Assembly: GCA_024704765.1 (NCBI GenBank)
Contig: JAKMXF010000083.1
Coordinates: 1-45,960 of the forward strand
Reading direction: 5' to 3'
Length of the DNA: 45,960 nt
Source of the DNA: Oopsacas minuta
Lineage: Eukaryota > Animalia > Porifera
The notes under the pieces are model-generated. The model ran no database searches, was not told the DNA's origin, and worked only from the letters and a program-made list of their open reading frames with translations. How positions within the stretch are numbered: position 1 is the stretch's first letter; every line of letters begins with the position of its first letter. Both the position numbers and the translations under genes were made by a program. Positions 24,160 to 37,025 of the stretch are shown piece by piece.

Positions 24160-24790
24160 ACGCCTCAAATTACCAACAGATTTGTGTTGTCAAATTACAA
24201 ACAATAGATAATCTATTATTGGTAATATGCTGAAGTAAAGGCTTGTAAATTACCAACACATGTAGGAAAATTACCAACACAAGATCATTACAAATAGGAC
24301 TAAAATACCAGCGAATCAAAATCAATCGTCACTAATCTATCACCGCATATGTATAGGTATAGAATATCACTAACAAGTCATATTCACGGCTAAATCCTAT
24401 CTAATTAGATAATCCAAGAAATGTCCATTCAATCACATTCTTAGTGAATGATAATGAAACTCTGCAAGATGTGGGGTAGAGAAACTTCCGGTCAGATCCC
24501 AGGGCCAAGATTCATCCACTAATGTCATGAAAATCCACAACTAGTATCCATTGTATCCATTATGTGACTGAATAATGTTGACTTCCTTTTTTTCTAGCTG
24601 ACAAACTCGTTTGCAAATTACCAACACTATATTATTAGAAATATAACAACATTTGTTGAGAATTTGATATGTGTTGGTATTATGAACTGATTAAATTCAG
24701 CAGATTACTAACAATATATTCTCTATCGTTGGTAATATTACAACATGTGTGGATATTATGCAGACATATGTTGGCAATTTGCAAAGGTAA
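24160..24790. repeat. Element with dispersed AAATTACCAACA motifs in both orientations
   Basis: Forward motif at about 24167, 24248, 24270 and 24617; reverse (TTGGTAAT/TTGGCAAT) at about 24220, 24675, 24730 and 24772. Confidence 0.5.
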
Positions 24791-25177
24791 TTTGTTCATA
24801 AAATGCAGCAATCCTATTATAGTTAAACCTTAGGTTTATAATTATATACTCAGATAATTAGAGAAATTTACCACTTTATTATCGTATCAAATGCATATCA
24901 ATACATGTATCAAATTGGTTGGGTTGTTTACATAGCAGTACGTATACTCCCCAAATTGCCATTGCTTCCTCGACCAAAGTCGATTAATAAAGGATAATGA
25001 CTCACCATCTTCACTACCGTTTTTAGCATATGTAAGAATGTGTCCCTAAGAGGGGGACCAAATAATTAAAATGTAGGGCTCTAATATTTCAATTGCAAGG
25101 GCTCCGAAAAATTCTCCAGCCGCGACTGTATGTAACCATAATATAGAGTAGTTTTAATGTCTATACGTACGTATGCC

Positions 25178-25592
25178 TGGGGCATTAGTCGATCACGATA
25201 CCGATCGTTCAATAAAAAATGATTGGAAATCATGATTCCGAACCTTGTACCAAAAAGGGTCGCGATCACCATCACGATCATTTCGATCACATTTCTAAAA
25301 TTTTGAGCACCTCATTTAGGGAGATACTCTATTACCTGCGGCAGTCAGTCCGTCCGGACGGCCATGCGAAATCTACCAGTCCGATTGCAACTGAAATTAG
25401 TACATACATTATATAAACATTTTGGGGTCTAGATTCTCAAATTTTCTAATTCTGTCTGCCTAAAAGATTGAAAATTTTCAGGGAAAAATGATCCCGATCT
25501 ACACACGATGACTGTTTATAAAATGATCAGCGATCATTCTCCGATCGTCAAAAACAGATCGCGATCAATGATCACACGATACTAATGCCCTA
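25178..25592. mobile_element. MITE with (T)AGGGCATTAG TIRs and CGATC-rich subterminal repeats (family C)
   Basis: TGGGGCATTAGTCGATC at the left, GATACTAATGCCCTA at the right, many CGATCA units. A related left end starts at 43720. Confidence 0.65.
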
Positions 25593-26357
25593 CCTGGTAT
25601 ACTCACCTACAGAATGCTATGATTCAACATTAATCAAATTTAAATGATAACAAGAGGGACCAAAAGATGCCTGCTGCTGACAAGGTGTGTTCGTAGGCAG
25701 CGCAGGGCAAAGCTTGCTTGTATTGTAAGTATGAACGGTGGAAACATAAACTTTGGTCCGACAATAATAGTTAAATCAATGGTAGATTTGAGAACATGCC
25801 CGAATCTGAGGTATCTTTCCGCCAGCTGGCAGTCCTGTATAAGAATGATAAATTGCCGAAATATAATGATAAGAAAGTATGTATTAACATATGATTGCAA
25901 TGCATAATATAAAATATAAATATAATCAGTGGTTCCCAACTGGGGCGATTATCGCTCAAGGAGGGGAGAATTTCGATAAATACTTAAAGAGGGAGAGATG
26001 CTATTTTAAACACCTTAAAATGTCCAATCCTAATTGTTATCTTGGAGAAAATAATAAAATTATGACATTCTGAATTATGTCAAATTGTAAACCAATTTAT
26101 ATATCTCGTATTCTCTATATATTTCAAGCCATATCAATTGTAACTCAAATTGTGATTTCTAGAATATATTATTTTTATGATTCATTGATACGTATTGTTG
26201 GGTTGTATTATATACACCTAGCACGCTTCGCTTGCTAGGATCCGATGTATTCTTGAGCTTTGTGCCTTGTTTTAGCATAAGTATGAAACAGGCCATCCCA
26301 CCGCCCCGCTCGTAGGGATGGAAAGAATGGGTTGATTTTTCCAATAAAATCATTATA

Positions 26358-27267
26358 CAGTCAAGGGACAAAAGTATTCGACCACACAAATATATTGTCA
26401 TAAATTGTATACTCTTTCCCGCTCCTATATATTGTGTAGTCTATATTCGTAGCTGCAATCTAGTAATTTCCATAGAATAACATGTTTTTCAAGAATTTCA
26501 AAAAAATATTTTCGATTTACACTTTCTGAAGGTGTTAATTATTAATAATTATCAGATAATTATTGATAACCAAATATGTGGTAATTCAAAACCTATTAAT
26601 AATCTATAATTTCTGACTTGATATTTGAATTCTACGTAGGCGAGTTACCCCAGATTGAAATTTCCAATCGGATTGGGCAAATTTACCAGAGTTATGGATG
26701 AATTTCAATTTTGTGCCATTTGTGCCACCTTTTGCCGAAGGTGGCACAAGTGGCCGCTATCAAGAGGTTATTTTGGAATTCAAGGGTTAGCATAGTCATA
26801 TCATTCGAAAATATTACTTCGACTTATTCCTCCTAACCCTAGTTGATTTCCTTGTAGTGGCACTTTTTCCTGCCACTTGTGCCACTTTTTCAAAAAGTGG
26901 CACAAGTGGGACAAATTGAAATTCTGTTATAACTTTGGTAAAATTGTTCAATCCGATTGGAAATTTCAACCTGGGGTAACTCGCCTACGTAGAATTCAAA
27001 TATCAAGTCAGAAATTATAGATTATTAATAGGTTTTGAATTACCACATATTTTGATTATCAATAATTATCTAATAATTATTAATAATTAACACCTTCAAA
27101 ATGTGTAAATCGAAAATATTTTTGAAATTCTTGAAAAACATATGTTATTCTATACAAATTACTAGATAGCAGCTACGAATATAGACTACACAATATATAG
27201 GAGCAGGAAAGAGTATACAATTTATGACAATATATTTGTGTGGTCGAATACTTTTGTCCCCTGACTG
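26358..27267. mobile_element. 910-bp Tc1/mariner-type foldback MITE with very long TIRs
   Basis: TA|CAGTCAAGGGACAAAAGTATTCGACCACAC ... GTGTGGTCGAATACTTTTGTCCCCTGACTG|TA; arms are complementary over roughly 370 bp. Confidence 0.93.
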
Positions 27268-27522
27268 TATAGGCCAGGTTTACTCTCGTTTCTACTAGAG
27301 TTGTTATTTTAGCAATTTCAGTATTCCTCTTAAGAGGTAACCAGCGAAGATTTTTGTTTAGTTTTGCATCTTGCCTGATTTTGTTTGTTTCTTGCAGCAG
27401 AGATTCGAATATATGATATTTTATGCCTGGATACAAGAATATTGTCAGGATCAATCTGGTCTTCGTTCTTCTAGTGTTGAGGCTACTTTTGTTTAGCCTG
27501 CTGCTCGAGTTTTATAAGAAAA

Positions 27523-28078
27523 ATGTCATCTAAACGAAGAAGTTGTATCAATGATCCAGACGTATTTTGTTACATATGCGGAAGCTATGTTCCATCTGTT
27601 CAACGGCAGAATTTAACACCTTTTGTCAAAAATGTCTATTATGCCTATTTCGGTGTGAAATTAGGGGACCAAGAAAAACCATGAGCCCCGCACAAAGTGT
27701 GTCGTACTTCTGTGTCATCATTGAGGTAGTGGAGCATTGGAAAACAAAAATCTTTAGCATTTGGTGTGCCAATGGTTTGGAGAGAGCCGAATGGACATGG
27801 AAAAGAATGTTACTTTTGCTCATGTGTTGTTTTTGGATTCAATGTCAAAAATAAGCATAAAATTCAATACCCTAATTTGCCTTGCGCAATACGACGGATT
27901 CCTCATGGGACAGATGTCCCAATTCCATTGCCTCCAAAAGTTTTACAAACAGTTGAAGAAGATTCTCTCAGCGAAGAGTCTTTGTCTGAAGAATGTTCCG
28001 AGTATGAGTGTGATGATGATCAGCAGCCAAAGTTCAATCAAGCGGAACTAAATGACTTTGTCAGAGATTTAAATTTAC
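27523..28078 (+). pseudogene. Chapaev (CMC superfamily) transposase N-terminal Cys-rich fragment
   Basis: MSSKRRSCINDPDVFCYICG...YFGVKLGDQEKP*APHKVC...FGVPMVWREP.GH.KECYFC...YPNLPCAIR.IPH..DVPIP; contains stops and ends at the N at 28079. Confidence 0.8.
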
Positions 28079-28431
28079 NATCTCAAAAACGTGACATGTT
28101 AGAAAAAATCTAAGGCCAGATTTGGATTCAGCATGGCCATATTAGTCTAGGTAAACTTGAAACGAGCAAGGAATAAAAAATAAGTTGTAAAATGTTGTCC
28201 AGTGTAATTCATTCTATCAATGGACCAGTTTCAGTGACTAATATCAACAATAAATTTCTAATAAAATTCTAGCACAATGGAAATAATATTTTGGCAAATT
28301 TCCAACCAAATTCAATGAAAATAAGTCCTAATGAGCCGTGTTTTAGGAAAATAGGCCTTTAGCCAATTTCATTTTAAATTTCTATGTTAAACAGAAACTT
28401 GGTCCCTGCCTTCTCTATTAATCGAATACTG

Positions 28432-28560
28432 CCGGGAAAATATGTGCATTTATGACGTGAAGAAGGAGCTAAAATCCCGATTTGGGTGCGGGAATTGGTT
28501 AAAATGAAGTGGTAAATTTTATTTTTCCTTTTTATCACGAACGTAACACTTCGGCAGTAA
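28432..28560 (+). repeat. Dispersed repeat, direct copy of about 30688-30817
   Basis: Shared core GGTGCGGGAATTGGTTAAAATGAAGTG.TAAA with flanking similarity. Confidence 0.7.
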
Positions 28561-29151
28561 TCGGTTAAGGAAGTAAGGAAGAGTAATATGCTACATTGGT
28601 TAAAACATTGATCAAAATGAGACTATATTTTGATCAATGTGATAATTTACCCGATGTAGGATTCTAATCCCTTCATTATTTGACGCGAACGAGCGTAGCG
28701 ATATTGGAGCGCGAATGATGCGGGAAGCGGTATCCCAAGTCCTAAGCCTATTGAAATTTGTGCTCGCAATAATTTAGACAAATTGGAAATTTTATCAAAG
28801 TTCTACATTTTGATTCAAGTATGTTTTGAACTTAAATCCTTAAGTTTGATCAAAGTTCTACTGAGGGAATTTGATCAGAATATTGCACTTCAATTTTATC
28901 AAAGTGTGCAGATTCGGCAAATTATTAATTTGTATTCCCGAGAATTTGCTGTCCCAAGACACCTCTATATGGAAAATGTCAATACATGTATATTTGGAAG
29001 TATTAAAGGAAATTCTTAAATAATTAGAAACAAGGTTTGGTTAAATAATAATAGCGATGCGTCAGACGTATAGCTTTCCCAGATCGTGATACGACTTAAT
29101 AAGAGAATTGTACTAGTATTCTCTATGGATAAATTAATGCAGAAAACATAC

Positions 29152-29777
29152 CTTTGAAAATGCTTTGAATTTGGTTTGTAATTCGCAAACTTCATCCAAG
29201 TTACTCCCATAGTTTGTCGATTCTACCTCTTCCAATTTTTGAGAAATAGAAAGAATCATCTCATCTGCATCGAACATAAACTGCAGTTTCTCGGACAAGC
29301 TCTTCAGCTCATCACTTCTTAACTGACAAGCAGTCTGTAATTCAGAATACTTAATTTCTGCTGTATGATACAATTCTTTGGCATTACCCAGAACAAAATT
29401 TTCATCATCTTTCATTCGAGAATATAATTGGAACAATTTTGATAAAACATCTTGATGTGCGGCAATTTCAACTTCAAATGCAAGTAGTTTCTGTTTTGCG
29501 ATCGATAAATTGGAAGAATCTTGGAGAGATTGTTCCTTAAGGATGTCAAACTTATCAGTAACCCATGTTACCAACTCATCAACCAATCGTTTAAATTGAA
29601 TAAATTGTTTAGTAGCTTCTAATTTGAATTTTCTAGTTTGCAAAGAATTTTTAAATTCATAAAACTTATCAACCACTTCGCGCCTTCGACGATCTATATC
29701 ATCAATTGTAGGTTGCTGCTTTGTAACATGTGAAGTTACAATATTCATCAAAGAATAAGACGAAGCAGTATATAATT
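29152..29777 (-). CDS. SPTAN1: Alpha-spectrin exon A: N-terminal tetramerisation helix, repeat 1 and start of repeat 2
   Basis: TIDDIDRRRREVVDKFYEFKNSLQTRKFKLE...FKRLVDELVTWVTDK...QKLLAFEVEIAAH and LDEVCELQTKFKAFSK match the alpha-spectrin N-terminus as I recall it. Acceptor TTCTAG at 29778, first ATG at 29748, phase-0 donor GTATGT at 29151. Confidence 0.85.
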
Positions 29778-31024
29778 CTAGAATGTAAAATAAAACAGAA
29801 ATTCACTACAAAACAGATTAATAGAAGTATAGCATTGGGCTGTGAAATGTAAGTGTATGGTAGGCAGGGTTGCCGTGGATATGGAAATCCCCATACCCAT
29901 CAACCTGGAAACCTTCAAATCGTGAGATTCGACAAAATCTCACGATTCTATGATGTGACATGCAATCTGGTATAAGTTTTTCTGTGAAAAGACCAGGAAT
30001 TCTGAAGTGTTCATAGACCCGAAATCGTGAGAGTTGAGAGCCCTGCCATTGGTATGGAATGGGTAGGGGAATGATATTTTCCTGTGGGAATCCCCATATA
30101 TGGGGATCCATAAGAAGATTCTCATGGGGATCAGGGACGTCGCCAAGGCGTGGGCAATGCCCCCCTAACAAAATCTCGGGCCCGAGGCATGTCCCCCTTG
30201 TTTAAATTGCAAACTGTAAATTTCGGCTCGCTCCCCACATAGCTCCCAAGTGACCCGCATTGGAGCATTGAAACCCGCCGTCCCGCTAGGCCAGGCAGAA
30301 AACCCCCATTTCGGGTTCCATTTCAACTAGGTAGGACGTCGGGAAGCAGTCATCAATAACTTCACCCTCTGCCACAACAATACATACTTGCCAACCATCC
30401 AGGACTTGACCTATGATACAGGGGAAAAATTGCTAAATCCAGGAAATAATATAGGATATTTCTGGCATTTTTATAAATAGGGAAAATCGTATTATTTGAA
30501 TAGAAATTAGAAATCCAGAGAAATTTTGAAAATCCTGAGATTTCGAGATAAATATCCAAGGAAACAGTTATAAGGGGTTGGTAAGTATGCAATGGATATT
30601 TGTAAAATTATTGCATTATTCCATAAAGCATTATAACCACCTTTTTCGAATTTCGTTTTCTTATCCATGTCGTGCTTAAGCGGATACTGCAGGGAAAACG
30701 TGTGATTTTATTACGTCAAAAAGTTGGTAAATCTCGTTTTTGGTGCGGGAATTGGTTAAAATGAAGTGATAAAATTTTAGTGCTCCTTTCGTTACAAACG
30801 TAACAATTCGGCCGTGATATGTCTCCAGGAATTGAATCAATTGAGAACAGGCACGTAGCTAGAGCAAGACATTCAGCGGGCAAGAAGTATTTAGGGAGGG
30901 CAATTGCAGGGATAAATATTTTTGAAAAGTTAATTACTTGTGTATAACAAGTACGACCCAGTCTCCTTTTCTTACATGTATAACCTTTTTAATTCATAAA
31001 GTACCAGATTACTAGGCTAGGGAN

Positions 31025-31178
31025 GACGTCATTACTTTCACACCCAAAGACTTAGAAAAAATCTAGTTACGTCAATCGATTCCTTGGGTACGATTCCCCA
31101 TATGTCAATAATATAGTTTAATACGTTATCTAGTACCCTAATACCTACTTCCAGTTTTAGCCATTTCGTGCCACTGTG
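31025..31178 (+). mobile_element. Right end of a Transib-type element (TIR GTGCCACTGTG)
   Basis: The 11-bp TIR at 31168-31178 is the reverse complement of CACAGTGGCAC at 41161-41171 and is followed by CATGA, the same 5-mer that precedes the other end. Confidence 0.75.
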
Positions 31179-31556
31179 CATGACAACGCAAGGCCCCCAT
31201 GTAAGCTCCAAGACAATGGCTGGAATTGACGACTTTGGATTCGAATGCCTCCCTCATCCCCCATATAGTCCAGAACTGGCTCCCAGCGACTACTGGCTGT
31301 TTGGAAAGATGAAGAGACCTCTTCGAGGGAAGAGATTTGAGGATTTCAAACGGCTGGAGTATGAAATAAAATAGTGGGAAAAAGGAACCCCTAAAGAATT
31401 CTATACCACTGGGCTGGAAAAGTTACCAGAACGATGGAAACGATCTATAAAGTTAAAGGGGGAATTTATCGGAACATTTGATAATCAATTATGATAAGTA
31501 TAGGTTTACTAAGTTAATTATGAATACAAGTCTCATTATTTATTGAACAACCCTTG
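31179..31556 (+). mobile_element. Mariner 3' half (continuation of 40252-41160)
   Basis: HDNARPH...PHPPYSPELAPSDYWLFGKMK...LPERWK; right TIR GTCTCATTATTTATTGAACAACCCTTG|TA matches the left TIR at 40252. Confidence 0.92.
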
Positions 31557-31560
31557 TATA

Positions 31561-31918
31561 TCCTATAGTATTGTTTCAATTCATCTCACTAATCCGAATT
31601 ACTTTGCAATATTAACAGTGCTTTTGGATTAGTGAGCGTATACTTGTTTGTACTTTGTAAGCCACTCTGGGCCTTATCACTAAACATTTTACGAATTTTT
31701 CATAAAAATATTCTTGAGCCAATCTATTAATAAACTCGTATAGAATTCTAACACGATTCTTAGAATTTTTCTTAGAGAAAATTCACAAAATGTTTAGTAA
31801 TAAGGCCCCTAGTGATTTACAAATTACGAACACAGGTCACGCCACAAATCCAAAAAAACACAATTAATATTGCAGAATAATTCGGATTAGTGAAATGCAT
31901 TGAAACAATACTATAGGA
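31561..31918. mobile_element. Palindromic MITE of about 360 bp
   Basis: TCCTATAGTATTGTTTCAAT ... ATTGAAACAATACTATAGGA with inverted arms continuing inward (CACTAATCCGAATTA/TAATTCGGATTAGTG, GGGCCTTAT/ATAAGGCCC). Confidence 0.85.
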
Positions 31919-32317
31919 AATAGGTAATCATATAGGAGTACGTTTTTCGAAAGTCGTGCAAATGATGAAACAACTTCCAAGGTGTGTAATATAGCATTAT
32001 GTAATTGTCCGCAGGCAGTAGAATTGGGAACAAATGGTCCTATTAAAAACTTAGAACACTTTCCAAAGTTGTGTAACCTTCAGGCCTTGTTTGGAGTAAC
32101 AAGTTTCGGATTAGAGGGTAGACAAAACCTGTATCAGGTCAGCGTATGTACTATGTGCATGTAAATATACAAAATCAGTGCAAAGCGCAGTGTACAACGA
32201 GCCAAATCCGCGTAGAATAGTAATACAAGATCATGGATTATTTTCATCCTGGGTCAGGTACGTCATTTTGCCATAGAATAATAATCAGAACATACAATTT
32301 AAAAAAAGGTTACTTAC

Positions 32318-32497
32318 CTCATGTGCTGCTTCTAAATGTTTTTCCCTTTCTATTGTTGCATGTTCAAGATTTTTCCATCGAGCCAATAGATCGTCCAACT
32401 TAGATTGAATAATCTCAGAATTAGGGTGCTTAGAAGACAAAAGGATATTTCCTAGTTTGAGAACCATATCCCACCTTGATTCCTCAGTAGACAAACT
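32318..32497 (-). CDS. SPTAN1: Alpha-spectrin exon B: remainder of repeat 2
   Basis: 180 nt, phase 0/0, TTAG acceptor and GTAAGT donor. SLSTEESRWDMVLKLGNILLSSKHPNSEIIQSKLDDLLARWKNLEHATIEREKHLEAAHE has helix B/C spectrin-repeat spacing. Confidence 0.85.
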
Positions 32498-33439
32498 CTA
32501 ATAATACAAAATGATTTTATCATGGAATGTTAGATTATCCAACAAGTACACCGAATCATATTCAAATATCCATGGATATGACCAAACTTCGATATCTCTA
32601 AATGAAGATTTCCATAGATATGCATAATTGCATATCCATGAGAAGGCGAGACAATATAAATATCAAATTGAGAGGGTAGATAATTTAGTCATATTCAAAA
32701 CTTGAAACTATAGCATATGGAAACGCGGAATTAGTCCAACAGAAACTCGGATTATGTACTACACATAGAGTTATGAATTTGTCCTACACTATATTGAAGA
32801 TAGGAATCTGTCCTACAAGGCTAAAACCAATCTCGGTATTTGTCCAACACTGTTTTGTATTTGTCACTAGTATTGTATTTTAGATTCACACCCAATAGGT
32901 GAGGATAAGAAATTAATAGTGCTTGTTTGATATTCATTGCTTGTAAGGTATTTGAAAATGAGACCAACAAGTGCTTATACATTCTGGATCTGAGGGTTCT
33001 ACTATTAGACAATTGTATATCAAGGTATTTATCGCAAAACTATCCATATTTCCTCAAATTTGATTTTCTACTGACTAGTAACTTTCTTCTTTCAACTGAT
33101 CTTATGGAATATACCGTCACTGAAGGTAAAAAGAAAAAATGATCGAATTATCTCTAAAATCCTTCCGTTATGTCAAGGTTATGGAATCTGACTCGTGTAT
33201 TAATGTCAAGTGTAGCTTATTTCGAACTCACTCTTGTGAAAGTTATGGGAAATTCACAAAATAGCAAATTTACTCGAAATCTCTACTTGTCACAATCATG
33301 AAGCTGTAGCTCAAAATCATGACGCAATTATACTAAATAATAAAATTAAGTGAAAGCTGAAACCTTTATCATGAACCTTCGAGAGATATTTAGTGATACT
33401 TGCCGAGAATCTGAGGGGTCATCTTCTGTTACCTTCAAA

Positions 33440-34080
33440 AAGTAGGAAAAAGGGATGTGAAAAGAGAAGAAGACTCCTGCAACCTAAATTGCCTTCGAAA
33501 GTATTAGAATTTGATCAATTATCACAATAGTTTCGACATTGTTCGAACCATTTGCAAACTGTCATCGATAGAGATCAGATTGCCGTTATTTTGGTTCAAG
33601 TTGTAGAAGCAGTGTGCTAAATAGTTCAACGACTATTCACTTTGATGGAACTTTTAAAGTTGTTCCTGGACTTTTCTATCAACTGTCCATGTCGATATCC
33701 ATGTTCTTCCCGCTCTACCTGTCTTCATGTCAAGTAAAACTGAAGCTCTATATTATGCTGTATTCTTATCAACTCGCCAATTATTTATAATTATAAACCT
33801 TCTTTCGCGATTGGTGATTTTGAAATAGCTCCATAGAATGCGCAAGTACAAACATATACATATATCACAGCAATCGGTTGCTGGTTCCATGTACAAAGCA
33901 GTCTTTGAAAAGGATAAGAAAACCGGCCTTGCAAAATTATATCGACATAGTCAAGCTTTCAAATTATGGATCCGAAAGCTAATGGAATTACCACTACTAC
34001 AGGAAGAAAAGACATATCATAAGAGAAACCACGTGGTGTAGTCGATTCAGACAAAAAATGAATCAGAAGATTTAAAAGTA
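33440..34080 (+). pseudogene. MULE/Mutator transposase fragment
   Basis: IHFDGTFKVVPGLFYQL, KTEALY, IGDFEIA and GCWFH motifs; stops and frameshifts. Confidence 0.8.
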
Positions 34081-34337
34081 TTGTAATAAAACATGGATTA
34101 ATGGTAAGTTGAAACCGATCGAACCGAATATCAGTATTCATGAATAGTGACCTACTGATAATATTCGGTTTGGGCCAACCGAATATTGAAGAATTCTCCA
34201 AATATTATTCGGATGAACCGAATATTGAACAATTTGGTTGCGACCTTGATTAATGGCACAATGGGTTATTCGGTTCCAGCAGGGGAAATTTTAATACTTA
34301 AATCTTGCCAATTTATATATTGAGAATGACTAGAAAT

Positions 34338-34769
34338 CTATAATATTAAATCTCAATTGCTGTTAATCTGTTTGTTTGTTTGTTTGTTGTCAAGGAAAGG
34401 ATTTATGGTATGGAATTTGAAATTATCGCGTAGCTATGTATTTATCGTGTTTATCAAGGATGCAAATAGAACTCAATAAAACTTCACTAAAATATATCGA
34501 ACATGCTGAACACATTATCACACTTTTGGATTAATCATATGTAAATTTATTGTTGTTTTTATGAATATATAGTAAACAAATTTCAAAATTGAGGTAATCA
34601 TACTTTCAACCACTATACTGGTATACTCGAGTATGCTGAGTCTAAATAATGTAAACAACATCAATATTATTAAATCCCAATTGTTGTTTGTCTGTGTATT
34701 TGTCCATTGAATACTTCGAGGCACAATGCGCCGAGTTCATCGCGAAGCGACGAGCCAAAGGCTTGTATA
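34338..34769 (-). repeat. Repeat family A, copy 3 (internally shorter)
   Basis: Both termini match copies 1 and 2 but the central duplicated modules are missing. Confidence 0.85.
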
Positions 34770-35429
34770 TAGGTGTATCCAAATTCAAAATTGCACTTTA
34801 TCTGAATCAACTTACATGAGTGTTGTTCTATCTCAAAGTCTCACCAAAATATGTTAATTTCGGGCCTTTAGACTCATATTTTGTCCACCCAACTTAAATT
34901 CCTATAAAGATAATTTCAACCTTAACAATACTATCAAATTTATACTGGGTGTAGTTCTAATGGTACTTTTACAGCTCAAACCCAATTTAGGTGAATTATC
35001 ATTAATTTTCTCGACATAAACTTTGTGATGATACAGCATAATTATGGGTCAAATAAAATTAATCAAGCGAACCTATTTTGTTGTGAACAAAATTTTCTCG
35101 TGATTCTCGCACTATTCAGGATATTACACGCATGACACACTATCTAATAAAACTATTCTATAAACATTTGTTTAGCGAAGTTCAACGGAACCAAAATAAC
35201 ACCAACATTCCATTTTATTCTTTTGGTTGCCATGGCATGTCAAGCTCAATGCTACTATGTTGATGTAATGTTTAACTCAACTATTATTCACAACTCCACT
35301 TTCATTCTCGAAGCCAGTTGTCACGAGTTCGTCAATTTGTGGACTCAAGAAATTCATTAGAGTAGTGACACTTGTAAAGTTTTCTTTTTGAGATAACAAT
35401 GCGATTAGCTGGTTGGAGAATCTACAATN

Positions 35430-35590
35430 AATTCAATGTGTCGTTATCTGACAGGTCGTTATACCCGAGGTATGGTGTGTGCAGAATAATGCTGCGAGAT
35501 TCTGGGCTAGCAAAATGAGTCGTTATAAGCGATTTGTCGTTAAAGCAGATGTCGTTAAAGCAGATGTCGTTAAATCCAATGTTTACTGTA
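35430..35590. repeat. One end of a pogo/Tigger-type MITE with short GATGTCGTTAAAGCA tandem units
   Basis: ...GTCGTTAAATCCAATGTTTACTG|TA terminus; begins at the N at 35429. Confidence 0.55.
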
Positions 35591-36099
35591 CAAGGATATG
35601 GGAAATCTGGTAAATACTATAAATTGGCTATGCTTATTGGGCAATAATTTTAACGATTATCGAATTCCAATTGGATATTCATGAAATGTGTCATCCACGG
35701 TATCTCCAGTAACTCTTGCAAAACGAGGTAACTTTATAATGACCAAATTTTGATATTTTGTAAATAGAATCTATAGATCATTTCACAACTTCTCTTTGAA
35801 ATGAAAGATGAAATATTTACCATTCTACAAGGCATAAAGGAATGGCATATATTGAACAAATAAATGCTTAACAAACACATATTTCCACATATTCGTAAAT
35901 TTCTAGCATATGCATAATGGTTGATAATATATTATTCTACAAATAAACAATACAAATATTCGCGCAAAAATGCACCGTTTCTGGGATATTCAATCGACAC
36001 GTAAATACCTTTATCTCGGACCGCATCCCTGCTCCAAAATTCACAACAGGTTAGCAGTCCTTATATTGGAGTAGGCTATGCTCAAGTCCATTAAATTTG

Positions 36100-37025
36100 G
36101 TAGGCAATATATAAATTCTCGACAATATCGAATTGGTATATTTTGGCTGGAATAAATCTGTTAATATTTATAGATAATAATCAATACAAGTCATGTAATC
36201 CGACTATCCCCAGTTAGAGATGAAGTCATCTGTTCCGGCAATATGTTGTTAAAAATCTCACAATTTCTAAAGCTCTGATAAACGATCACTAGTGCGTCTT
36301 TGAGTTCAAGATAAATACTAAGTGATCTGAGGATGTTAGACAGGAAATTTAAATTTTTGTAATTATAAAATGATCATGGATAGCCATCTTTTGGCCAATA
36401 TCCACTTATAACTCGATTGTCGTGAGAATTGTAGTCAAATCAGTCTAGCCAATATGTAATGCATACCCAACTTCCCATACCCTTGTAATATATTTTGATA
36501 CGATTTCTCTAACCGGTGTAATGCAATCATGAATATGCCCATATTTGGTCATTATCAAGATTTATACAAAAGTGCTTAGAGATATCGTATCAAAATATAT
36601 TACAAGGGGATGGAAAGTAAGCTATGTAGTACATATTGGCTGGAGTAATTTGAATAAAACTCTAGCGACAATCGAGTTATAAGTGGATAATGGCCAAAAA
36701 AGGGCCATCCATAGTATCTAGTATAACTCAATAACGTGACAACTGTATACTTACAAAAATTCAAATTTCATGTATAAACAGCCTCAGATCACTTGAAATT
36801 AATCCTAAATCAAAGACACACTAGTGATCATTTATCAAAGCTTTTGAAATGGGAGATTATTAACAACTTGTTGCCCTGTTAACCAAATAGATGACGTCAT
36901 TTCGATGGGGAATACGTAGTTGGATTACATGACTTGCATTGATTACTATCTATCAATAATACATTTATTCGAGCAAAAAAGTACTAATTCGATATTATCG
37001 AGAATATTGTTTTCATATGGCAACA
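36100..37025. repeat. Diverged foldback of about 0.9 kb
   Basis: Inverted pairs TATCCACTTATAACTCGATTGTCG / CGACAATCGAGTTATAAGTGGATA, CCCTTGTAATATATTTTGATACGAT / ATCGTATCAAAATATATTACAAGGG and CAAGTCATGTAATCC / GGATTACATGACTTG, centred near 36540. Confidence 0.8.

Noticed and set aside
25640-25910. Possible third PARG exon or zinc-finger exon
   Set aside because: No frame on either strand gives the expected GCGAF-type motif, and the phase-compatible frame stops after about 19 codons.
35291-35590. A single MITE spanning 35291-35590
   Set aside because: The N at 35429 splits it, and the two parts share no inverted termini.
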